Of a stretch of DNA of 46,228 nucleotides, positions 39,302 to 46,228 are shown in pieces. Both the position numbers and the translations under genes were made by a program. Origin of the DNA: Candidatus Limosilactobacillus merdipullorum (GTDB taxonomy: Bacteria; Bacillota; Bacilli; Lactobacillales; Lactobacillaceae); contig DXGK01000022.1 of NCBI GenBank assembly GCA_019113965.1, forward strand, positions 1 through 46,228. The letters are read 5' to 3'. Numbering within the stretch: the first letter of the stretch is position 1; each line of letters starts with the position of its first letter. The notes beneath the pieces were generated by a model. The model saw nothing but the letters and a program-made list of their open reading frames with translations. It had not been told where the DNA came from and ran no database searches.

Positions 39302-41602
39302 ATGGCGACCGAAAAAGAAGAGATGGCTAGAGAACAAGCCCGGGTTGACCAGGTTATTGCCAGCATTGACGCCCAAATTGCCAAAACAAAGGCCGATTTG
39401 GCTGAGGCCCATAAAGAAACGCGGGCCGTTGAAAAGAATTACGGCGAAAACGCCTCGATCAACCGTTACGAAGTCGACGATATTGCCGAAAGTCGAGCAA
39501 TGATCGAACAGCAGCGGCGGTTAGTTAACCAGGCCGCCACCACCGAAGATATTCTAAAATCCCAGCTGACCACCCTCCGTCACCTTCGTGACCAACCATA
39601 TTTTGGTCGGATTGACATCCAAGATGAAGGGCAAAAAACCACCGATACCCTCTATATCGGTACCGCTTCGCTGATGAACGCCGATCAAAGCGACTTCCTC
39701 GTTTATGACTGGCGGGCACCCGTTTCTGCTATTTATTACAACGGTAACCTTGGCCCGGTGACTTACCAGACACCGGCCGGGCCCCGCAAGACGACGCTGG
39801 TGAAGAAGCGGCAGTTCACCATTATCCAAGGACGGATCACCCACATGTTTGATACCAACGAAGTAGTCGGCGACGAGCTCCTCCAGCAGGCTTTAGGTGA
39901 GCATGATGACCGCCAGATGCACAACATCGTTGCCACTATCCAGCGTGAACAGAACACGATTATCCGCAATACTGACAGCGACTTGCTCCTAGTACAGGGG
40001 GTTGCCGGATCTGGGAAGACTTCCGCCATCCTCCAGCGAATTGCCTACCTGCTTTACCACTCACGTGAGTCGCTAAACGCGGATCAGATCGTCCTCTTCA
40101 GTCCCAACCTGCTCTTCTCGCACTACATCGCCGACGTCCTACCAAGTCTAGGTGAACGGAACATGCGCCAGGTAACTCTTGATGGTTTTCTCAAGCACCG
40201 CTTTGAAGGTCTCAACGTCCAGACCCTCTTCCAAACCTATGAACAGCAATCGCAAATACCATCGGCCATCCGCCAGTACTTCAACCAGCCGGTCATTATG
40301 CAGGAAGTTATTAAGTACCGCGACCGCCTGCAAAGTGGCCAAGCATCGATAAAGTTCAGTCCAATCCACTTCCGCGACGAGATCTTTTTTGATGCCCACC
40401 ACATTGCGCGAATTTTTGCTTTTTTACCGCAGTCGTTACCCCTGACCGACCGGGTTGTCCGGCTGAAAAACACCCTCATCAGGGAAACGCAAGCGCGAGC
40501 GCGAGAAGAGGCCGCTAGCGAATGGGTAGCCGAAGATTTGGATAGCCTTGACCGCCAACAGCTCCACCGCTTGTACGGCCGGCACACTCCCGACGACTTT
40601 AAGGATGAACGAGCTCTGCAACGATACCTGGCACGTCGCTGGGCCAAAAAGCAGTTACGGGTCGTTGCCGATGCCATCTACAACAATTACTTCTTCGACA
40701 TCAACGAACAGTACGCCGATTTCTTACATCAGTGTCCGCGTCCAAATCATGTTTCCCCAGCTGAATGGAAAGCCTTTACCGACCAATTTGGCATGCAGTT
40801 GGAATACCACCAGCTGTCCTTCATCCACACGGCGCCATTAATGTTCTTGCGTGACCTGCTCACCGGTGGCGGTCAAAACCGGGCAATGCAGTACGTCTTC
40901 ATTGATGAAATGCAGGACTACTCCTTAGCAATGCTGATTTACCTCAAACACGCCTTCCCCGGTGCTAAATTCACCATTTTAGGTGACTCCGAACAGGCCC
41001 TTTTCCACCCACTACAGTTGCCGGAAGAACTATTGAATAGTTTGCAGGATGCCCTACAGGCCAAAAAGCCGCGGCTAGTCACCTTACGGCGTGCCTACCG
41101 CTCGACCAACGAAATCACCAACTTTGCCCGGATGCTGCTTCCCGACGGCGACAAAGTCATCCCCTTCAACCGTCATGGTGAGCAGCCGCGCCTCCTAGTG
41201 GCCTCTGACCAGCAAGACGGGATGAACATGCTCAAACAAGAGTTGGACCGCATGACTCAAGAGAAGCAGACCGTGGCGGTGTTAACTGCCAAGCAGGACG
41301 AAGCAGTCGCCGTTGCCCGCGGGCTAAAACGGATGGAGATCAAAGTCCGGCTGCTGAAGGATGACGATAGCCAACTACCTGCAAACGGTGTAGCGGTGCT
41401 GCCCATTTACCTGGCCAAGGGACTGGAATTTGATGCCGTCGTGGCCTACGGCGTTTCCGAGCAGACCATCAACCAGTCACAGGCTACCGGGATCATCTAC
41501 ACGATGGCCAGCCGGGCGATGCACGAGCTGACTCTGATCAGCGTTGGAAAGGTTTCCTCAGCCATCAGCAAACGGGCGTTAGGCCAATTGGTGACTGAAT
41601 AA
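39302..41602 (+). CDS. helD: RNA polymerase recycling ATPase HelD
   Basis: PYFGRID, DWRAP, IVATIQREQN, GVAGSGKT, IDEMQD, KGLEFD. Confidence 0.92.
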   Translation: MATEKEEMAREQARVDQVIASIDAQIAKTKADLAEAHKETRAVEKNYGENASINRYEVDDIAESRAMIEQQRRLVNQAATTEDILKSQLTTLRHLRDQPYFGRIDIQDEGQKTTDTLYIGTASLMNADQSDFLVYDWRAPVSAIYYNGNLGPVTYQTPAGPRKTTLVKKRQFTIIQGRITHMFDTNEVVGDELLQQALGEHDDRQMHNIVATIQREQNTIIRNTDSDLLLVQGVAGSGKTSAILQRIAYLLYHSRESLNADQIVLFSPNLLFSHYIADVLPSLGERNMRQVTLDGFLKHRFEGLNVQTLFQTYEQQSQIPSAIRQYFNQPVIMQEVIKYRDRLQSGQASIKFSPIHFRDEIFFDAHHIARIFAFLPQSLPLTDRVVRLKNTLIRETQARAREEAASEWVAEDLDSLDRQQLHRLYGRHTPDDFKDERALQRYLARRWAKKQLRVVADAIYNNYFFDINEQYADFLHQCPRPNHVSPAEWKAFTDQFGMQLEYHQLSFIHTAPLMFLRDLLTGGGQNRAMQYVFIDEMQDYSLAMLIYLKHAFPGAKFTILGDSEQALFHPLQLPEELLNSLQDALQAKKPRLVTLRRAYRSTNEITNFARMLLPDGDKVIPFNRHGEQPRLLVASDQQDGMNMLKQELDRMTQEKQTVAVLTAKQDEAVAVARGLKRMEIKVRLLKDDDSQLPANGVAVLPIYLAKGLEFDAVVAYGVSEQTINQSQATGIIYTMASRAMHELTLISVGKVSSAISKRALGQLVTE

Positions 41603-41640
41603 TTAAACAAGCCATGCTTTACTGACTTCCAACGTAAGTC

Positions 41641-41940
41641 CGGATAGAACGCCGTGATGATACCCATGGAACGTGTTTATCAACGTTGCACCTATTTTGG
41701 GCTGGAACGCCGTGGGCACGACTTTGAGCCAATTAAAAATTGTCTCAAAGCTCGACCTTTCAGTAAGTGCCGCATGCGCATCACTAACTGAAATTTCACG
41801 GCTGAGCCCAAAGTGCAACGTTGATACATTGGCGGTCATCATACATAATTAGTGCTGAGACCAGTAGTGGGTCATCACTTGCTTGCTGAATGGTACGCCT
41901 ATCATTATTCATTACTGATCGGCATACCACTTCACTGATG
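41641..41940 (+). repeat. Nested structured repeat locus D: R2[R1[R2]]
   Basis: Intact R2 41678-41826 with a perfect 14-bp terminal IR TATCAACGTTGCAC; decayed R1 arms 41654-41878 (GTGATGA/TCATCAC, TGGAACGTG, CTGAGACC); outer R2 left arm GAACGCCGTG 41647-41656; outer right arm weak. Confidence 0.85.
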
Positions 41941-42055
41941 GCCTGTGAATCATGATGGCTCACCAACTGCTCCACCAGCACCCCCTGAACCTGCATGACA
42001 CTGTCGATCCAACAGTACAATCGTCGTGATAACAAAAAAATTCAAACAAGAAATT

Positions 42056-42089
42056 ACCCTCAACGTTGCCATCGCGGCACGTTGAGGGT
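42056..42089. terminator. Terminator after the antiporter gene
   Basis: ACCCTCAACGT...ACGTTGAGGGT. Confidence 0.75.
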
Positions 42090-42105
42090 CATTGTTTTAC
42101 ATAGT

Positions 42106-43305
42106 TTATTCTTCAGCTTGTTGGCCGTTCATCTGCTTCATCAAATGGTCGCTGGACTGGATCGAATGCTTCAGCAGGAACGGCGCAATCACCGTCGCCA
42201 GAACAATCACGGCAATAATATCGGAGTAGTAGGTTTCCGACAGCAGGTGGGCCGAGAAACCGATTTGGGCGGTGATCAGCGACATTTCGCCACGGGCTAC
42301 CATCCCGCTACCAACCACGTAGTCGCCAGGCCACTTTAACCCCGCCATTCGGGCACCGATGCCGCAACCAAAAAGCTTAGTCAAAACGGCCAGAATGGTC
42401 ATCACAATGACGAACAGCAAGGATTCCTTCATCCGATCAAAGCGCATGTTCAAGCCGATGCTGACAAAGAAGACCGGGATAAATAGTGAGTAGCCAATCG
42501 GGATAAACGAGTGGTTGATCACTTCCTGGTGATGGGTGTTAGCGATCGCCAGTCCGGCAAAGAAGGCCCCTACAGCTCCGCTCAAGCCAACTGCTTCAGC
42601 GGCACCAGCCATTGACAAACAGATAATCATGGCCATCACCGAGTTGGAAGCCATTGTCAGCAGGTGCTCACTCAACCGCATCAGGATTGGTGCCAGCCAG
42701 CGAACCAGCAGGTAAACCACCACAAAGAACAACACCTGCAAAGCCAACGCCAGGAAAATATTGCTCGGTCCGTGTGATTCTGCATGGCCACCGGAAGCAT
42801 CAATCATCCCGATCATCAAACTGAGGAGGATGACTCCGATGATATCGTCGGCCACTGCCGCACCAAGAATGGTTGCCCCTTCCTTGGAATCCAGGACGTG
42901 AAATTCCCGCATGACCGCCACTGAAATACTAACGGATGTCGCAGAGAAAATAACCCCGATAAACAATGATTCCAGGTGGTTAAAGCCGAAAAGCAATGAC
43001 GCGCCACCCATGAAGACAACCGGGAATAAAACTCCCATGATGGCGGTAATCACAGCTGGCTTCAAATACTTTTTTAACAGTGACAAGTCGGACTCCAGCC
43101 CGGCAATAAACATTAAAATCACAACACCCAGTTCCTGGAACTCGTTGATCATGGGGGTCAACTTCACCCAGTTTAGGATGGCGGGGCCAATAATAATTCC
43201 CACAATAATCTGCCCGATCACATCGGGCACTTCCATCCGAACACATAGGTGACTAACTAGCTGTGTTACCAGCAAAATAAACGCCAGCGTGGCAAAAAAT
43301 GTCAT
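42106..43305 (-). CDS. CPA2 family Na+/H+ antiporter (NapA-like)
   Basis: MFIAGLE, ATSVSI, AVADD, ARGE; about 12 TM segments; start after GGAGG. Confidence 0.9.
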   Translation of the reverse strand: MTFFATLAFILLVTQLVSHLCVRMEVPDVIGQIIVGIIIGPAILNWVKLTPMINEFQELGVVILMFIAGLESDLSLLKKYLKPAVITAIMGVLFPVVFMGGASLLFGFNHLESLFIGVIFSATSVSISVAVMREFHVLDSKEGATILGAAVADDIIGVILLSLMIGMIDASGGHAESHGPSNIFLALALQVLFFVVVYLLVRWLAPILMRLSEHLLTMASNSVMAMIICLSMAGAAEAVGLSGAVGAFFAGLAIANTHHQEVINHSFIPIGYSLFIPVFFVSIGLNMRFDRMKESLLFVIVMTILAVLTKLFGCGIGARMAGLKWPGDYVVGSGMVARGEMSLITAQIGFSAHLLSETYYSDIIAVIVLATVIAPFLLKHSIQSSDHLMKQMNGQQAEE

Positions 43306-43429
43306 CGCGCACCTCCTGAAAATAATATTTGTGTTCATTGTACCGGTATTAGCAACAAAGGACCAGTGTTCACGGTGTTTTCGATAAAAAAAGAGCGATG
43401 AAATTGATCACCGCACCTGAATGTTTGGA

Positions 43430-43503
43430 AGCCATCGAGCGGAATTGAACCGCCGACCTCATCCTTACCATGGATGTGCTCTACCTATCTGAGCTACGAT
43501 GGC
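43430..43503 (-). tRNA. tRNA-Thr(GGU)
   Basis: GCCATCG/CGATGGC acceptor stem, AGCTCAG..GGTAGAGC D arm, CATCC-ATGGTAA-GGATG anticodon arm, GGTTCAATTCC T arm. Confidence 0.96.
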
Positions 43504-43509
43504 ACCTGT

Positions 43510-43539
43510 AGTATAGCTAACTTTTCCGGCTTAAATCAA
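43510..43539 (-). promoter_or_regulatory. tRNA-Thr promoter
   Basis: TTGATT-18bp-TATACT just upstream of the tRNA. Confidence 0.6.
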
Positions 43540-43555
43540 GCTCAAGCTGGCCGCA

Positions 43556-44134
43556 CTAACGGGATAAGTACTTCGGAGCTACTTGGTCGACCAGCCATAC
43601 CTGGTCGTTAGCGTAATAAAACTTGACCCCGTCCTTGTGTGCCGCCGCGGCATTAAACTTTAAAATAGCCGGGTGCTGGTCGCGCCGCTTACCAACTGCT
43701 TCCGCCGTGTCCACGTCTGCCGACAAGTGTACGTATTGCCGTCCCATTGGCAAGAGGCCCCGTTTTTCGATGCTTGGCAGAAAACGCCGCGCCGTGCCGT
43801 GGGACAGCACCTTTGGCGGAACTTTTTCCGGATGCTTGATAATTCCGGGGATACTGTGGCCGTACAGCGCACAAATCTGGCCGTTTTTAATTTTAAAGCG
43901 CTGCTTTTTAGCGCCATGCATGATCTCACGGATCGTCATCTCAGTTAAGCGTGGTCTGAAATGGTGGACCCGGTTCATCGCATCCAAAAACTGGTGGAGA
44001 TCAACGTACCCATACTTGTCCAACTTTAAACCATATTTTTGCGGATTATGACGCAGCGCGTACGACATTTTCTTGTTGATAAACATCTTGGTGCGGCCGT
44101 CCAGTCGCTGTTGATCGTCTTTGTTATTTGTCAT
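43556..44134 (-). CDS. kptA: RNA 2'-phosphotransferase (Tpt1/KptA)
   Basis: SYALRH.P, KQRF, YGHS, HGT, MGRQYVHLS, VWL. Confidence 0.92.
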   Translation of the reverse strand: MTNNKDDQQRLDGRTKMFINKKMSYALRHNPQKYGLKLDKYGYVDLHQFLDAMNRVHHFRPRLTEMTIREIMHGAKKQRFKIKNGQICALYGHSIPGIIKHPEKVPPKVLSHGTARRFLPSIEKRGLLPMGRQYVHLSADVDTAEAVGKRRDQHPAILKFNAAAAHKDGVKFYYANDQVWLVDQVAPKYLSR

Positions 44135-44166
44135 CTTCACTCCACCTCAACAAATTATTTCAGGCT

Positions 44167-44196
44167 AAAAACCGCCAGCACCTTCAAGCTGGCGGT
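44167..44196 (-). terminator. Terminator between the hydrolase gene and kptA
   Basis: ACCGCCAGC...GCTGGCGGT followed by UUUU. Confidence 0.7.
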
Positions 44197-44282
44197 AATA
44201 ATGGTCTTTGCTTAGTTATTGACACCCAGAAAACGGTTTGTAGCTGATTTTCCTTTACCCCTTGTCTAATAACTCATTCTGG

Positions 44283-45116
44283 TTACTTGTTCCACAGGAA
44301 CTTAATCATGACTTTGTTGACCTTAGCATTGTGGTGCAGGCGACTGTGCTGAGCCTGCTTCCCGGTCATCTTGACTTCACGGTAGCTCTTGGCCCGCTGG
44401 GCAACTAAGTACTTCAGGGACAATGACGACTTATTTGGTACAGTCCCATCCGTCTGCCCACCGTGATCACCATAAATATTGAGGACCCGTGCCGTGGTGG
44501 GGTAAGTTGTCCGCAAGCGCAGTAGTGGGCGATAGCCACGGTCCATGTTTTCCGGTCGCCGGTTCTTCTGCAGCGTCATATTGTCGTCAAAGCCGTTGAA
44601 GTGTCCGGCAATGTCGACTTGCTTGCTAAGCTCAGGCATTCGTGGGTTAGTCGCGTTGGCGGCTAAGTAGTACATGATGTCCATATTACCCATTGAATGG
44701 CCAACCAGGTTCATCTTTTCAAAACGATAGCGATTCTGCACGGCAGTAATCACGTTTGCCGCCCACTGACCATCCTGCTTAAAGTTCCCGTTGCGGTTGT
44801 TAGTGTATTGGACCTGAATGATCGGTTTCTTTGTTCCCACCGGGATTTTGCCACAAAGTTTGACGTGGCCATCGAGACCAACAGTGGCCCTGATTACCGT
44901 CTTGGTGACCCTGGCTTTCTTCGCCCCATCAGTCATATACTGCTCTGCATGGGCGGACGAACCGAAGCCGTGAAAGAAGAAGGTTGGTGTCCCGATTGTT
45001 GGTCGGTAGGCTGCCGGCCGGTAGACACCGGCCTGCTTTGAACGGACTGTCCACCATCCACCGATGACAATCACAACCAAGAGGACAATCAACCAGCCCC
45101 GTGCACGTTTGTTCAT
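44283..45116 (-). CDS. Membrane-anchored alpha/beta hydrolase (DUF915-like)
   Basis: N-terminal TM, FHGF, VGHSMG, DGTVP, QHSRLH. Confidence 0.88.
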   Translation of the reverse strand: MNKRARGWLIVLLVVIVIGGWWTVRSKQAGVYRPAAYRPTIGTPTFFFHGFGSSAHAEQYMTDGAKKARVTKTVIRATVGLDGHVKLCGKIPVGTKKPIIQVQYTNNRNGNFKQDGQWAANVITAVQNRYRFEKMNLVGHSMGNMDIMYYLAANATNPRMPELSKQVDIAGHFNGFDDNMTLQKNRRPENMDRGYRPLLRLRTTYPTTARVLNIYGDHGGQTDGTVPNKSSLSLKYLVAQRAKSYREVKMTGKQAQHSRLHHNAKVNKVMIKFLWNK

Positions 45117-45266
45117 TACTGATTCCCCCCCATCGTTAATAGTTTGTTGAATATTATCGGCCTTCACTCCTTGATAGTCAAAGAAAGGATCGGATGACTG
45201 AACAGCCGGAGGAAAATAAAATGTTACAATAAGGTTGGATAAATTAATTAATGAGGAGGAGTTATC

Positions 45267-46214
45267 ATGGCATTTGATCGTGCAAAGGTTCAGGACGTCT
45301 GGAAAGACGCTGGTAAGGAAGTTCAGTTTACCGTTTTGGAATTAAAACGACAGGATCAGCCAAAAGAGCTCGCTGCCATCAGTGAATTTATTGACCGCTT
45401 CCAGGCCATCACCCGTTCACTACGGATCCGGGCGCAGGACAGCAATCTCAAAGTTGCCGTTGGGTTTAGTAACGACGCTTGGGACTACCTTTTCCCAAAT
45501 GCTCCAAAGCCAAAGGAACTAGAAACTTATAAGGGTATTAAGGGCGACAAGTACGAAATGCCCGCAACTAAGGGTGACATCTTCCTCCATGTACGGGCTA
45601 ATGACCGAGCAACCGTTTACGAGTTCATGCGTCAAGTGATGCTCTTTTTGAAAGACATTACTGGCGTGGTCGATGAAACCCATGGCTTCCGCTACTTTGA
45701 AGGACGGGCCATTATCGGCTTTATCGATGGTACCGAGAACCCCGAAGAAGACAAAGCCAAGGACTACGCCGTGATCGGTGATGAAGACCCGCAGTTTGAG
45801 AATGGTTCCTACGCGTTTGCCCAGAAGTGGCGCCACGAAATGGACATCTGGAGCAAGCTCAGTACTGAGACCCAGGAAAAGGCCATCGGTCGGAAGAAAT
45901 TGGATGACCTAGAATTGTCTGACGGTGAAAAGTTTCAGAACGCCCACAACGTTGTCTCCCAGGTAGAAATCAACGGCGTTTCGCAAAACATCGTCCGGAT
46001 GAACGTCCCATACTCTGATCCTGCCACGGACATCACCGGGACCTACTTCATCGGTTATGCCCGTCACTGGGAAGTTACGAAGGCAATGCTGGAAAGCATG
46101 GTCAAGGGCCATGACTACCTACTGAGCTTTTCTAAGATTCTCACCGGTCAGCTCTTCTTCATCCCTTCCAAGGATACCCTCGACCAGATTGTTGACGGTG
46201 GCTTCGACAAGTAA
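45267..46214 (+). CDS. Dyp-type peroxidase
   Basis: GFIDGTENP, QKWRH, IGRKK, AHN, IVRMNVPY; RBS GGAGG. Confidence 0.92.
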   Translation: MAFDRAKVQDVWKDAGKEVQFTVLELKRQDQPKELAAISEFIDRFQAITRSLRIRAQDSNLKVAVGFSNDAWDYLFPNAPKPKELETYKGIKGDKYEMPATKGDIFLHVRANDRATVYEFMRQVMLFLKDITGVVDETHGFRYFEGRAIIGFIDGTENPEEDKAKDYAVIGDEDPQFENGSYAFAQKWRHEMDIWSKLSTETQEKAIGRKKLDDLELSDGEKFQNAHNVVSQVEINGVSQNIVRMNVPYSDPATDITGTYFIGYARHWEVTKAMLESMVKGHDYLLSFSKILTGQLFFIPSKDTLDQIVDGGFDK

Positions 46215-46228
46215 TCATTATTCAACCC

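Noticed and set aside
15583-41940. R1/R2 repeats as a CRISPR array
   Set aside because: The units are nested inverted arms, not tandem direct repeats with unique spacers, and there are no cas genes.
43339-43560. Genomic island at tRNA-Thr
   Set aside because: No integrase and no duplicated tRNA 3' end seen in the window.
44197-44282. yybP-ykoY riboswitch before kptA
   Set aside because: Only an AGCAAAGACC-like 3' fragment is present; the 5' GGGGAGUAGC element is absent.
45267-46214. Dyp as encapsulin cargo
   Set aside because: No C-terminal GSLxIGSL-type targeting peptide; the downstream gene is outside the window.

Overview
Core chromosomal segment of a lactobacillus (gene order and protein style suggest Limosilactobacillus; inference). 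It holds about 45 mostly housekeeping genes: cshA, murF, htpX-lemA, srtA, rpmE, murA, pyrG, rpoE, prs-glmU-purR, ispE-veg-rsmA-rnmV-tatD-metG, a ppx-mvaA-HEXXH protein-sirtuin-ADH operon, helD, tRNA-Thr(GGU), kptA and a Dyp peroxidase. No prophage, transposase or CRISPR array was seen. The unusual content is intergenic. (1) Four loci (about 15.6-15.9, 16.0-16.3, 23.2-23.6 and 41.6-41.9 kb) carry a structured repeat in two co-varying versions, R1 and R2. The versions are nested inside each other in alternation, 2-3 shells deep, with an intact copy in the centre and mostly decayed outer shells. (2) A 28-codon ORF with six Cys codons in eight (CVCCCTCC), missed by the ORF track, lies between a sigma-A promoter and an intrinsic terminator upstream of a CjaA-like cysteine ABC transporter, suggesting a ribosome-stalling cysteine attenuator. 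(3) A second hairpin repeat family has two copies (1-83 and 27095-27177). Also noted: an ATC codon at the expected start of a metal ABC ATPase, an amber-interrupted azlC, and a Cys-to-Asp MurA. All alignments and pairings were made by eye; family names are from recognition, not database searches.
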